64,000 nucleotides of DNA from a virus (Duplodnaviria > Caudoviricetes), in the IMG/VR virus record IMGVR_UViG_3300021979_000003, positions 64,001 through 128,000 of that record; one strand, given 5' to 3'. The notes beneath the pieces were generated by a model. The model saw nothing but the letters and a program-made list of their open reading frames with translations, ran no database searches and was not told the DNA's origin. Each line of letters begins with the position of its first letter. The first letter of the stretch is position 1. Of the stretch, positions 37,743-48,340 are shown one piece after another. The position numbers and the translations under genes were made by a program.

Positions 37743-40700
37743 TTACACTTGAACGAAGTCCACAATTCTAATAGTATCGCCTGCATTACGTGCAGTAGTT
37801 AATGTAATTTGTGATGGATCGCTGGTGTCTACCTGACTAGAAGGCAACAGTATACCGTTCGCATAAACCATAACATTTCCACTGTGTGCAAATGTGATAA
37901 CTGTCTGTCCGGCAGTCATAGTAAACTCATCATCAACCGCATTTGTAACAGAAGCCTGTGTGTTAGTCTGTGTATTGTTTGGATCGTGAATTACAAGAAT
38001 CCTAATGTTATCACCAGCATTACGTGCAGTGTTTAGTGATATAACGCTTGTGCTAGTAGTATCATCAACTTCACTTGTAGGTAGTAAGAAACCGTTCGCA
38101 AAAACCATTGTGTCATTGTCGTGCTGAACTGAGAAGTCTGTTTGACCCGCAGTCGCTGTAAATTCATACAGACTAGTTCCTTGTGTACCAGCAGCAGTAT
38201 CACGTGGCTCATACTTTTGAGTAGATGAGTTATACGTCAACACTTGATTGTCTTGAGGTGTTACTGTCTCATCTACGTTATCTAAGTCTTCGATAGAGTT
38301 AACACTACTTGTCACACCCATTTCGAACAGACCAGACGTAGAGTTATAAACCAATGTCTGTCCATCAGCCGGGGATATAGCAGAGTCAACATCACTCAAT
38401 TCACTAAGCTGTGTAGCACCAACCTGATCTGTAATGGTAAATGGTACAAAGTTTGTACCGTCATACTGCAATACTTGACCTGAAGTAATACCAGTGGTAT
38501 CTACATCACCTAAATCATTAATATTTTCTGGTATGAATGGTGCTGCCTGATTCACATAGTTTGAACCATCATATACTAGAGTATCACCGATACCGACGTT
38601 GGTTAGCTCGATTCCATCAATGTTGAAAATGCTTGGAGCCGTGTATGTGAAACCGTTTGTAACGATATTTTTATACTTTCTCTCAATCACATCTTCTGTT
38701 TGAACAGAATTATATACAGCAAGGTTATCAATGCTATATGCCTGTGATCCTGTTTCTAATTCTTCAAGCATTGTCATTGAAACTGTATAAGAAAGGTCAC
38801 TATCCAACGCAGTTGCTAATGTCTGATCGACCTGTCTATTTGTGTTAACATATACATCTAGCTCAGTATTTGTACCGTTCTTTCTGTAGTTAACAACAAT
38901 ATGGTTGTAGATGCTATCGTTTAGCGTTATTCCATATCTACCAGATTCAATACCATTCTTTATAACTTTAATTTCATGAATAAATGAGCTACCAGATGGT
39001 GTAATAACCATTTCTAAATTTATATATTCAGAAGCAAGGTTATCTGCCGCAATTTCCATACTGGCTACAGTGGCTTCTTCTGGTGTTCCTAGATATGCAA
39101 CGTTAGTAGTTGGCTGATACCAGAAGTCATAAGAAAACTCATTAGCATTTGCTTCAGCAAAGCTTCCAACGGTAGTTGTAAATGCTGATACAGGAGAGCC
39201 ACCATTAATATCGTAAGATGTTCCAGAGTAGATGCTTTCACTACCTTTAACACCGATGCCATAATTAACGGTATATCCTGAATCAGGAGTTATAGTTGTA
39301 TTATTAATTGAACCAGTAAGGTTGCTGTCAAAGTTCCAGTACTCATACGCGTTAGTAACTTTTACGATTTCATCATAAGAAAGTTCTACCTTCGCTTTTA
39401 TGTACTCAGAGCCGTTCCATACTATGGAGTCTCCATTCACTGGTGCAACGTCTGAAACATTACTTAATTCTTCTAATGTTATTTCTGGTGTTCCATTTAC
39501 GAACACGCCACTTCCAGAATCCCAAACGATTGCATCACCGTCGCTTATTGAGGTAATAGCTAGATCATCCGCACTCTGAAGATTGACTTTTCTAATTTCA
39601 AAGTTACCAGTGGAATTGTTATAAAATACACCACTTCCATTTGATTGATCAACTACGTCAACATTAGAAAGAGATTCTAGGGTAACATTGGATGATACCG
39701 GAGTGATTAGATATTCACCCGCTGTCTGATCCCAACGTAGTGTGTATACTTCACCATCTACTGGTGTATTCTCTTCTGAAACATATAGTGCCCATGCCGC
39801 ACTTTCATACTGTTCATTGGTTCCGTTATATACAAGTACATCACCGTCTTCAGAGTTAGAAGTATCGATACCTAGTACCGCAGTAGGATCAGTATTAACG
39901 AAGCGAGAATTTACGTCATCATAGCTTAGAATCTGATTTGCAAGCGGAGTTGTTAATTCATATGGTAGAACGTCCTGTGCTGAGAAGTTAACACCATCAT
40001 ATATTAATGCTTGTCCAGAAGTAATACCCGTTGCAGAAACATCAGATAGTGAAGCTAGTGCAATTGAATCAGAAACATTCTTATTAACATATTGAGATAG
40101 TGCACCATCATATACTACAATCTGACCATCACTTACTGAAGTAATAGTCACGTCTAATAGATCACCTAAGTTTTCAACACCAAGGTTTCCGCCAGCTACA
40201 GACTCAAATTGACCAGATACACTATTGTATTGTAAAATATCGCCATCATTAGGTGCAGTGTTTGCATCATAAGGTAGAAGGCCCTGTGGTACGAATGTAC
40301 CAGATTGGTATACTAGAACCTCTCCATTAGCAATACCAGATGCACTAACATCACTTAGTGTTGATAGCGACTGTGCAAGGTCGGTAAATTCAAATTCACC
40401 AGAAATAGAATTGTATACTAGACCGTATCCATTTTGTGCATTAAGTACACTGGATTCGTTTACATTGTTAAGGTCTTCGATACCCATGTTTACAGACACG
40501 TTCAATGATGAACTATCCGCAGGAACAAATGCTGACTGTGCAGAACTCCAAACAAGAACATTACTATCAGAAACGCCAGTAGTATCTACATCTGTTAGTG
40601 AATTAATACTAATATTTTGAAGTGCGTTGATTAGGTTAGTATTATTAAGGAACCTGTTCTGAGAAGTTTCACTTAGATCATCAGTAGTCTTTTGAGTAAA

Positions 40701-42170
40701 GAAACTATCAAAAGAAATTGAATTAAAATGTAAACTATCTGTTGTTTCACCAAGGTCTATTAGGTTTTCAGGTAGTTGACCTACTTGGAATTCACCAGTT
40801 CCAGAATTATAAACAATGGTTGATCCATCGCTTAATCCTGTAAGACTAACATCAGAAATATCAGATAGTAGAATTTCTCTATTATTCCAACGCGTACCGT
40901 CAGAATATAGGAATGTACCAGCAGACTGAATTGCATCCACATCACTTATTTCATTTAGAGAAATACCATAGTTAATATCAACTAGATACTCGCCAATGTC
41001 AGTGTAGACTCTCTGAGAGTCATAATATAGGTTGCTTGTGCCTTCAGGGATATCATCAGTACTGGAAACGTTAGCCGCCACATCAGTAAACACCCATTCA
41101 GTGCCATTCCAAACAGGAGCCTGACCAGATACCGGAGCAGTTGCGTTTACAGAACCCAAGTCTTGAATTGATACAGTACCTAATGTATCTCTAACTCTCT
41201 GTGAGGTAAAGTAAAGATTGTTATTACCTTCTGGAAGATCATCAGTGGTTTGTGGCACATCAGCATCAATAACAATTTCTTCGTCATTGAAGTTTGTAGT
41301 TACTGTAATGTTTGATCCACCGGTTACACTACGGAACTGTAAGTTCCCACCAAATCTAGCAAAGAACGTACCAATACCATTACCTACGTTTTCTGCATCA
41401 GTAATTGTACCCGCAGTACCACCGTCTCCGCTAGTAACACCTAGAGAACTCAATGGTGCAGATTCCCAAAGGTTTCTGATACCGTTGTAAACCAATACGC
41501 TTTCGTGTTGAATATTATTTAAATCAACATCTACTAATTCAGATAGCCTACTAGTTGAAGATTCTTGAGGAACCCAACCGCCTTCGGAACTATCCCAAGT
41601 AAGAACGTCACCGTTCTGTGCGCCCTTTCTTTCAATTGTTTGGGAAATAACAGCTTCAGTGGCAAGACCGTGGAATGTAACCGCGTACATATCCGCATAA
41701 CGACGACCGTTAGAACCAATATCATAGGTAGCGTCTACATCTGGAATATTATTTGCATTAGCAAACATGAATGAGCTATCCGACTCACCTCTGCTATATA
41801 CATCTATATTATTTCTCACGTCCTGTGCATTAGCATCGCTTAGATTATTGCCTTTTTCAAGAAATCCTGATCTTCCAAGACCTTGTAGTGTAGTAGCATC
41901 ACCATCAAAACTGATGTCGATGTACGATCCTGAAGATGTTAATACAATACCGTCATTACCGCGAATTCTTCTGAAACGCATGGTATTAGAGACAACATTG
42001 TTAAAAATGTGTTCACCGTCACCTTGACCAAGATTCATACCACCTTGAATATAGGTAGTATTGCCAAATAGGCTAAGATCAGGTTCGACGTTTACAAAAG
42101 CTTGTTGAGTTTCATCGTAAACTAGTATTTGGTTAGATGAAGGGTTGGTTACATTTATTTCGTCAGCCAT
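37743..42170 (-). CDS. long repeat-rich tail fibre with a LamG/concanavalin-like domain
   Basis: 1475 aa; many LxDLxDV...GxxLxY repeats; YWNFD...FSYDFWY...NHIVV...IDNLAVYN domain at about 38680..39345. Confidence 0.7.
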   Translation of the reverse strand: MADEINVTNPSSNQILVYDETQQAFVNVEPDLSLFGNTTYIQGGMNLGQGDGEHIFNNVVSNTMRFRRIRGNDGIVLTSSGSYIDISFDGDATTLQGLGRSGFLEKGNNLSDANAQDVRNNIDVYSRGESDSSFMFANANNIPDVDATYDIGSNGRRYADMYAVTFHGLATEAVISQTIERKGAQNGDVLTWDSSEGGWVPQESSTSRLSELVDVDLNNIQHESVLVYNGIRNLWESAPLSSLGVTSGDGGTAGTITDAENVGNGIGTFFARFGGNLQFRSVTGGSNITVTTNFNDEEIVIDADVPQTTDDLPEGNNNLYFTSQRVRDTLGTVSIQDLGSVNATAPVSGQAPVWNGTEWVFTDVAANVSSTDDIPEGTSNLYYDSQRVYTDIGEYLVDINYGISLNEISDVDAIQSAGTFLYSDGTRWNNREILLSDISDVSLTGLSDGSTIVYNSGTGEFQVGQLPENLIDLGETTDSLHFNSISFDSFFTQKTTDDLSETSQNRFLNNTNLINALQNISINSLTDVDTTGVSDSNVLVWSSAQSAFVPADSSSLNVSVNMGIEDLNNVNESSVLNAQNGYGLVYNSISGEFEFTDLAQSLSTLSDVSASGIANGEVLVYQSGTFVPQGLLPYDANTAPNDGDILQYNSVSGQFESVAGGNLGVENLGDLLDVTITSVSDGQIVVYDGALSQYVNKNVSDSIALASLSDVSATGITSGQALIYDGVNFSAQDVLPYELTTPLANQILSYDDVNSRFVNTDPTAVLGIDTSNSEDGDVLVYNGTNEQYESAAWALYVSEENTPVDGEVYTLRWDQTAGEYLITPVSSNVTLESLSNVDVVDQSNGSGVFYNNSTGNFEIRKVNLQSADDLAITSISDGDAIVWDSGSGVFVNGTPEITLEELSNVSDVAPVNGDSIVWNGSEYIKAKVELSYDEIVKVTNAYEYWNFDSNLTGSINNTTITPDSGYTVNYGIGVKGSESIYSGTSYDINGGSPVSAFTTTVGSFAEANANEFSYDFWYQPTTNVAYLGTPEEATVASMEIAADNLASEYINLEMVITPSGSSFIHEIKVIKNGIESGRYGITLNDSIYNHIVVNYRKNGTNTELDVYVNTNRQVDQTLATALDSDLSYTVSMTMLEELETGSQAYSIDNLAVYNSVQTEDVIERKYKNIVTNGFTYTAPSIFNIDGIELTNVGIGDTLVYDGSNYVNQAAPFIPENINDLGDVDTTGITSGQVLQYDGTNFVPFTITDQVGATQLSELSDVDSAISPADGQTLVYNSTSGLFEMGVTSSVNSIEDLDNVDETVTPQDNQVLTYNSSTQKYEPRDTAAGTQGTSLYEFTATAGQTDFSVQHDNDTMVFANGFLLPTSEVDDTTSTSVISLNTARNAGDNIRILVIHDPNNTQTNTQASVTNAVDDEFTMTAGQTVITFAHSGNVMVYANGILLPSSQVDTSDPSQITLTTARNAGDTIRIVDFVQV

Positions 42171-42248
42171 ACTTTTTATCCCTTTTAAATAAAATCTGTC
42201 TATATATTTTATTTATTGCTAAAGGGTAATAACAAAATGCACATATAC

Positions 42249-42278
42249 AAAAAAGGGTAAACCGAAGCTTACCCTTTT
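42249..42278 (-). terminator. intrinsic terminator after clpA
   Basis: AAAAGGGTAAGC-TTCG-GTTTACCCTTTTTT on the minus strand. Confidence 0.8.
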
Positions 42279-42296
42279 AAAACTGACGTTTTTCTT

Positions 42297-44522
42297 TTAG
42301 TTCAAGACTTTAAGGCTGTATCCATCACCTTGAACATTAACGGTAGCTTTACCACCACCTTTAAGCTCACCATAAACAATTTCTTTAGAAAGTGGCTTTT
42401 TGATTTTGTCTTTAATCTCACGCTTAAGTGGACGTGCACCCAAGGTCTGATCAAATCCATCTTCAATAAGCTTTTCTTTGGCTTTCTTAGAAAGCGTTAC
42501 AGTAACACCATTGGAAGCTAGCTGCTCATTAAGTAGCTTGATTTCTTTTTCAACAATAAGCTCCATACTTTCCAGAGTTAGATTATTGAATGAGCTTGTA
42601 GCACTTAGACGGTTTAGGAACTCTGGGGCAAAGAACTTCTTAATTGCGTCCAGATCAGCCATACTCTGTGCTTTGTTATTGAAACCAATACTTCCTGCAT
42701 TCTTTTCCTGTGCACCAAGGTTGGTGGTCATAAGAATGATCACATCCTTAAAGCTCACGGTTTTACCCTGTGACGATGTTAGTTTTGCATCATCCATTAC
42801 TTGTAGAAGTACAGTTAGCACTTTTGGATGTGCCTTTTCAACTTCGTCTAGAAGTAGAACACAGTTCGGATTGTCTGCGATATCATCAATCAGCTTAGCA
42901 GAGTTTTCATCATAACCGGCATAACCGGGAGGAGCACCAATCAACTTCGCAACTGAGTGTGATTCCTGATACTCAGACATATCGTATTTAATAAGTGGAA
43001 CAGCTAGGTTATTCGCAAGCTGTCGTGCAAGCTCAGTTTTACCCACACCAGACGTACCACTCATCAAGAACGAACCAACAGGTTTATTTTCCTCTTTCAA
43101 ACCAGACTTGGAAATCAAGATTTCTTCACAAATCAGATCAACAATATGATCCTGACCAAAAAGATTTTTCTTGATATTGGAGTCAAGATTCTTGAATACA
43201 TTGTCTTCTGTTTTCTGCATTGACTGTAGTGGTACGTTAGAAATCTTTGATACCGTCTTCTGGAACTCATCGATAGTCACAGTACTTACGTCATTGATTT
43301 TACAGTGTGCACCAGCAGCATCAAGTACATCAATAGCTTTATCTGGGAACGCACGTTGCTGGATATAACGCTGACATAGACCAAGCATATCTTCTAGGTC
43401 TTCTGGCTTGTAAGTTACGTTATGGAACTTCTCGTAAATTGGAACAAGCTTTTCCAAGATAGTAAGAGTGTCTTTGAATGAAGGCTCTTTAATAGTATAG
43501 TTCTGAAAACGACGAACCATTGCCTTGTCTTTTTCAAAGCTGGTTTTGTATTCTTCACCAGTGGTAGCCGCGATACACATTAGTTCACCACGAGCCAACA
43601 TTGGTTTCAGAATGTTACCAAGGTCAACACCGCCTTGTGTAGAAGCACCAGCACCCATTACAGTATGAGCTTCGTCAATAAAGACAATGCAATTACCTTG
43701 CTCAGCAAGATATTCGATAGACTTCTTAGCACGTTCTTCAAACTCACCACGATACTTAGTACCAGCAAGCATACCTGCTACATCAAGTACCATGACACGC
43801 TTGTCTGTTAGAGTTTCATGGCAATTACCTTGTTGGATAGCCAGTGCAATACCTTCCACCACCGCAGTTTTACCTACACCGGGGTTACCTAGAAGCATCG
43901 CATTGTTTTTCTTCTTACGTGCTAGAATTTCCGTGATTTCATGAATTTCAGTATCACGTCCAATGACTGGATCAAGACGACCTTCTTCAGCTTCGGTAGT
44001 AAGATCGGTAATGAAGTCACCTTCTTCAACAACTTCTTTGCCACTCTTTGTGCTTGCTTTTTTAAGAGCATCAAGGATTTTCTGACGTGCATCATGCACA
44101 GAATGGTCAAGAATTTCAGATGTGACATCAAGACTATCGTAGTGTTCCTCAATAAGAACTGCGAGAACATCTTCACAACGAGTATCTTGTGTGGTTCGAC
44201 CTTTAGACATAACATTCATGACCGCAGTTGAGATAGACTGCATAACAGTCTTTGAGATTACCAGTTCGTTTTCATTACGAACGGTTGCGCCGGGGGAATG
44301 CCTTTGAAGTTCGTTTTTAATAACTCGGGCTAGTGTCTCTGCGTTAATTTCTGCGTCACGGAAAACACTTACAATGTGTTCATTGGAAAGCAGTGAAACG
44401 AAGAGGTGATCTGCCGTAAGCGCGTCGTACTTTGTTTGAAGTGCCAGTTCGGAACTTTCGGTAATTACATTCGCGACCTCTGGCGGTACACGTGGATCAC
44501 GGCTTTGATTCTGATCACTCAT
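42297..44522 (-). CDS. clpA: ClpA-type AAA+ chaperone/unfoldase
   Basis: Clp N-domain, LDPVIGRD, GNPGVGKT, FIDEAH, GTSGVGKTE, KLIGAPPGY, LLDEVEKAHP, SIGF loop, GARPLKR; no ClpB middle domain. Confidence 0.9.
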   Translation of the reverse strand: MSDQNQSRDPRVPPEVANVITESSELALQTKYDALTADHLFVSLLSNEHIVSVFRDAEINAETLARVIKNELQRHSPGATVRNENELVISKTVMQSISTAVMNVMSKGRTTQDTRCEDVLAVLIEEHYDSLDVTSEILDHSVHDARQKILDALKKASTKSGKEVVEEGDFITDLTTEAEEGRLDPVIGRDTEIHEITEILARKKKNNAMLLGNPGVGKTAVVEGIALAIQQGNCHETLTDKRVMVLDVAGMLAGTKYRGEFEERAKKSIEYLAEQGNCIVFIDEAHTVMGAGASTQGGVDLGNILKPMLARGELMCIAATTGEEYKTSFEKDKAMVRRFQNYTIKEPSFKDTLTILEKLVPIYEKFHNVTYKPEDLEDMLGLCQRYIQQRAFPDKAIDVLDAAGAHCKINDVSTVTIDEFQKTVSKISNVPLQSMQKTEDNVFKNLDSNIKKNLFGQDHIVDLICEEILISKSGLKEENKPVGSFLMSGTSGVGKTELARQLANNLAVPLIKYDMSEYQESHSVAKLIGAPPGYAGYDENSAKLIDDIADNPNCVLLLDEVEKAHPKVLTVLLQVMDDAKLTSSQGKTVSFKDVIILMTTNLGAQEKNAGSIGFNNKAQSMADLDAIKKFFAPEFLNRLSATSSFNNLTLESMELIVEKEIKLLNEQLASNGVTVTLSKKAKEKLIEDGFDQTLGARPLKREIKDKIKKPLSKEIVYGELKGGGKATVNVQGDGYSLKVLN

Positions 44523-44565
44523 AGAACTTACTCCTGTTTTGATTGTTTAGTTACAATATTTGGTC

Positions 44566-44595
44566 ATTATACTCAGACCACAACTTTTTTTGCAA
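44566..44595 (-). promoter_or_regulatory. sigma70-type promoter for clpA
   Basis: TTGCAA-N18-TATAAT. Confidence 0.55.
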
Positions 44596-44598
44596 GCA

Positions 44599-44982
44599 TT
44601 ATTCTTCGTTTTCTTCAGAAGGGTCTTTCTTATAGTAGTCTTTTACTGACTTCAAAAGAATCTTGTTCGCTTCCAGATAACGATTAATGTCTTGGATATT
44701 ATAGGACATGCTTTCATAACCGTCAACACTCAAGCCATAGTAAACAACAGGTAAGTCGTTTGGATTGCCGTTGAGAATTTCTCTCATCTTATCGCGTGTA
44801 ATAACATAAAACTTCACATCACGCATATTGATAGGCTCTGGTTCCTCAAAATCGTAAGGAATTTTACATACCAAAGCAGGATTTTCATCAATCTCTTCTG
44901 TTTTGATCATTCGTGTGAAGAATCCACACCCGCTGATCATACTACTGATCAGAATTAAAGTTAGAATTTTTTTCAACATCAT
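44599..44982 (-). CDS. o-spanin (Rz1/PseT.2-like lipoprotein)
   Basis: MLKKILTLILISSMISG/C lipobox; overlaps the 3' end of the i-spanin; start trimmed from the ORF-track 45003. Confidence 0.75.
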   Translation of the reverse strand: MMLKKILTLILISSMISGCGFFTRMIKTEEIDENPALVCKIPYDFEEPEPINMRDVKFYVITRDKMREILNGNPNDLPVVYYGLSVDGYESMSYNIQDINRYLEANKILLKSVKDYYKKDPSEENEE

Positions 44983-45379
44983 CAAACACCTTCTTAGTTG
45001 CATCGTTTATTCTTCGTTCTATGAGTCCGGGCTTAGCTTCACTTAAAGCCTCTAGGTCACGTTCTGTCCCATCAGCAGATGTATTGAATGTTTCATATAG
45101 TTCACTGATGATCTGATTGTTTCTTTCATTTGATTCTCTAATCTCATTCGCATACTGTTCTTGCTGATTAAGATCACGAACTACTTGGTTTCGAAACTCA
45201 TTCATATCTCTTTCTAAGTTTTGATTGGCAGTAACTACTTCTTCTACCTGACTTTCAAGTAGGTCATTCTCAGACTTTAAAGCATCTATACGAAAGTACC
45301 CATACACTAACACACTTCCTATTATAAGGTACACGGACCAGTTAGAAAAATTAAAAAAGCTCTTTATCGCTGTTAACAC
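44942..45379 (-). CDS. i-spanin (Rz/PseT.3-like)
   Basis: N-terminal TM helix, periplasmic coiled coil, KPGLIERRIN motif. Confidence 0.75.
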   Translation of the reverse strand: MLTAIKSFFNFSNWSVYLIIGSVLVYGYFRIDALKSENDLLESQVEEVVTANQNLERDMNEFRNQVVRDLNQQEQYANEIRESNERNNQIISELYETFNTSADGTERDLEALSEAKPGLIERRINDATKKVFDDVEKNSNFNSDQ

Positions 45380-45395
45380 AACACACCTCCACTAC

Positions 45396-45797
45396 TTATT
45401 CTTCATCCGACTGCTTTTCAAAATAAGTCTTTATATCATTAATATCTATTTTCTTAGATTCTTGTTTGTAAATCTTCACTTTCCACTTATCTAATCCAGA
45501 TACCATTCCTAATTCTAGTAATATACGCATGATGTCATCCCATGTTTTATCATTTAGGAACAGTTCTATATAAACAGTATAACGTCCTTCAGTGTCACTA
45601 TAGTCGATTGTAGTAACATCAACTAACTGTGTTAGTGGCATATAGTTTATAAAACTTTTCATATCAGATAGAACATCTTCCTCTTTTACATAAAAGTTTA
45701 CAACCAGCATTTCACTATTTTTTCCACTTTTAGGATCGAACATACCAACCTCCAAATATGGAAGAAGTACGTACTCTAAGTCTTTATGTTTGAACAT
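45396..45797 (-). CDS. hypothetical protein
   Basis: 133-aa ORF. Confidence 0.6.
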   Translation of the reverse strand: MFKHKDLEYVLLPYLEVGMFDPKSGKNSEMLVVNFYVKEEDVLSDMKSFINYMPLTQLVDVTTIDYSDTEGRYTVYIELFLNDKTWDDIMRILLELGMVSGLDKWKVKIYKQESKKIDINDIKTYFEKQSDEE

Positions 45798-45815
45798 TAT
45801 CTTTTAACCCTTGTA

Positions 45816-46412
45816 TTAAAATTCAAAATCTTCATCACCGCCACCTTCGTCGCCTCCACCAAGGCCACCAAAGTCGTCTCCACCACCGCCTCCCATAGAG
45901 GATGCAGCACTTTCTTCAGCTTCTTCTTCACCTTGATAGATAGCTTCAATGTCACTGTATTGAATATCTTCACCATCAATATTAAACATGGTGTTGCCAT
46001 CAAGTGCTAAGTAACGTTGTGGTACGCGTATGGTTACTATCCACACACGGTGTTCAAATACTTTTTTATGAAACCCCTGTTCAGCGGTATATTCAATTGG
46101 CCTTTCGCTATCATCTTTAACCAAAGCCACTCTTTTATATGTGTCTTCTTCTAGCTCAACCATACATTCTAGATTTGTTAATCTTTCGAATACAGCAGGG
46201 TTAGGTGGCATTTTATTTGGAAACATGATCTTTATAGTCACATAATACTTTTCAATTTGAGGACCAAATACCAATTCCCCATCTATCCAGTTATCAAACG
46301 CAAAAGCACCAATCTGCTCCATAAAAGCAGCAACTTCCATGGCAGCATCAAGCTTACCATAGTCATCATTTACATTTTTTGTGTTTTTATATATTGTACT
46401 TGTCGTAATCAC
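45816..46412 (-). CDS. hypothetical protein with acidic Gly-rich tail
   Basis: 198 aa; late promoter TATAAATA at 46435..46442. Confidence 0.65.
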   Translation of the reverse strand: MITTSTIYKNTKNVNDDYGKLDAAMEVAAFMEQIGAFAFDNWIDGELVFGPQIEKYYVTIKIMFPNKMPPNPAVFERLTNLECMVELEEDTYKRVALVKDDSERPIEYTAEQGFHKKVFEHRVWIVTIRVPQRYLALDGNTMFNIDGEDIQYSDIEAIYQGEEEAEESAASSMGGGGGDDFGGLGGGDEGGGDEDFEF

Positions 46413-46434
46413 AGCAAATATCCTTGTTTATTGA

Positions 46435-46454
46435 TATTTATAGGAGGATAAATA
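46435..46454. promoter_or_regulatory. back-to-back late promoters
   Basis: TATAAATA on minus (46435..46442) and GATAAATA on plus (46447..46454). Confidence 0.6.
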
Positions 46455-46477
46455 TTACTACCACAGATGAGGTGACT

Positions 46478-48271
46478 ATGAAACCAAAAAAAGAAGAACT
46501 TGAAGTAAACACAAAATATATTCCAAAATTGAAGCCTGAAAATAAGGAACAGTCCAAAGCCTTAAGTAATCTTGAGTCGGATGTTCCTTATAATTTTCTA
46601 GTCGGACCCGCAGGAACTGGTAAGGCTCAGCCGCTAGATGCAAAAATAAAAGTACCCAATGGTTGGAAGCTAATGGGGGAGATTGAGGTAGGTGATACAG
46701 TATCTACACCTACTGGTGATAGTGCACCAGTTAGCGGTATATTTCCACAGGGAACTAAAGACATTTACCGTGTGACTTTTACAGACGGTCGTAGTACTGA
46801 ATGTTGCGAAGATCACTTATGGGAGGTTTACTATCCTGATAATTGGGGGCAAAAACCAAAAGTGCTTTCTTTAAAAGAAATTAAAGAAAAGTCTAAGACC
46901 TTGAGAAGAAAATTTCAAGTAAGATTGCCGCAACATGAAAAAAATACAGACACCAGTCTGCCCATCGACCCTTACGTGTTAGGCTGTCTCTTAGGAGACG
47001 GTGGTATGACAGTGACTGGAAGGATAGTAATAACTACAGCAGACGAATGTATTATTGATAAATTAAACGAATCAGTAGAAGGTATATTTAAGCATAAAAA
47101 TAATTCAGATTACGATTACATATACACGCATGGTGGGAAAGGTTCTGGTAATAGAAAGGGAACCTTTGGTTCAGAACTACGCCAAAACATTTATGAATTA
47201 GGATTATTTGGAAAAAAATCTCACGAAAAATTCATACCGGACCAATATCTTTATGACACTTCTAAGTCTCAAAAAATAAAACTATTACAAGGACTTCTTG
47301 ACACAGACGGATATGCAGCAAAGAAAAACAACTCATTATATTTCACGTCAACAAGCGAAGTGTTAAGCAAACAGGTGCAGTACTTAGTTAGGTCCATTGG
47401 CGGAACAGCAAAAATATCTTCTAGAACTAATTCTTATACTTACAAAGATCAAAGTAAAAAAGGAAGATTATCATTTACAGTCACCATTGACTATGCAGAA
47501 AAAACAAATCTTGTGTCCTTAGAAAGAAAAAAACTCTGTCTTAAAGATAATGGTCAATATATAAAAACTGGACGTATTGGAATTGACACAATAGAATACG
47601 TAGGAAAGAAAGAAGCTCAATGTATCATGATAGATTCGGAAGATCATTTATATATCACAGATGATTTTGTAGTTACCCATAATACCCTGTTTGCTACCGT
47701 GTATGCTATTAAAAAATATCTAGATGGTACATATAAAAAGATTGTTATCACTAGACCCGCCGTATCCGTTGATGAAGATCACGGTTTCCTCCCCGGTGAT
47801 CTTACGGCTAAGATGCACCCTTGGATGCTTCCAATCATAGATGTATTCATGGAGTTCTTTGATTCTGAAACACTAGAACATATGATCAGAGAAGGCGACC
47901 TCGAAATTGCACCGCTTGCCTATATGCGTGGACGTAACTTGGGCGCAATCATGATCGATGAAAACAGTGACAAACGTGGATTCATAATCATAGCAGATGA
48001 AATTCAAAACTCTACTCCTGAACAAATGAAGATGCTATTAACTAGACTAGGTAAAAACAGTAAAATGATTATTACTGGCGACTTATCTCAACATGATAGA
48101 GGTTTGGAATATAATGGACTTGGTGATGCTTACAACCGAATAAAGAAGCACGGCATCAATGAATCTTATATAACTATCGATACATTTAATAAAAAAGGTG
48201 TTGTTCGTAGTGAAGCTGTTAAAAACGTACTAAACTTATATCCAGAAGATGATTCTAAGGATGACAAATAA
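46478..48271 (+). CDS. phoH: PhoH-family ATPase with class 3 intein
   Basis: GPAGTGK/T, IVITRPAV, GFLPGD, APLAYMRGR, DEIQN, TRLG, GDLSQHD; start reassigned to the ATG at 46478 behind GAGGTG. Confidence 0.9.
   Translation: MKPKKEELEVNTKYIPKLKPENKEQSKALSNLESDVPYNFLVGPAGTGKAQPLDAKIKVPNGWKLMGEIEVGDTVSTPTGDSAPVSGIFPQGTKDIYRVTFTDGRSTECCEDHLWEVYYPDNWGQKPKVLSLKEIKEKSKTLRRKFQVRLPQHEKNTDTSLPIDPYVLGCLLGDGGMTVTGRIVITTADECIIDKLNESVEGIFKHKNNSDYDYIYTHGGKGSGNRKGTFGSELRQNIYELGLFGKKSHEKFIPDQYLYDTSKSQKIKLLQGLLDTDGYAAKKNNSLYFTSTSEVLSKQVQYLVRSIGGTAKISSRTNSYTYKDQSKKGRLSFTVTIDYAEKTNLVSLERKKLCLKDNGQYIKTGRIGIDTIEYVGKKEAQCIMIDSEDHLYITDDFVVTHNTLFATVYAIKKYLDGTYKKIVITRPAVSVDEDHGFLPGDLTAKMHPWMLPIIDVFMEFFDSETLEHMIREGDLEIAPLAYMRGRNLGAIMIDENSDKRGFIIIADEIQNSTPEQMKMLLTRLGKNSKMIITGDLSQHDRGLEYNGLGDAYNRIKKHGINESYITIDTFNKKGVVRSEAVKNVLNLYPEDDSKDDK
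46625..47683 (+). mobile_element. class 3 intein (353 aa) with LAGLIDADG homing endonuclease
   Basis: AQPL start, EDHLW, AQCIMI, VVTHN/T; LGCLLGDG and LQGLLDTDG motifs. Confidence 0.9.
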
Positions 48272-48302
48272 TTAACTTATAATGTTTTTATTGAAAGGAT
48301 TC

Positions 48303-48310
48303 TATAAATA
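48303..48310 (+). promoter_or_regulatory. T4-type late promoter
   Basis: TATAAATA upstream of the AGGAG SD of 48341. Confidence 0.7.
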
Positions 48311-48340
48311 ATAATATACACAATATAGGAGATATACACT

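Noticed and set aside
42330-44687. Several 60-145 aa ORFs overlapping clpA
   Set aside because: Shadow frames of a codon-biased gene
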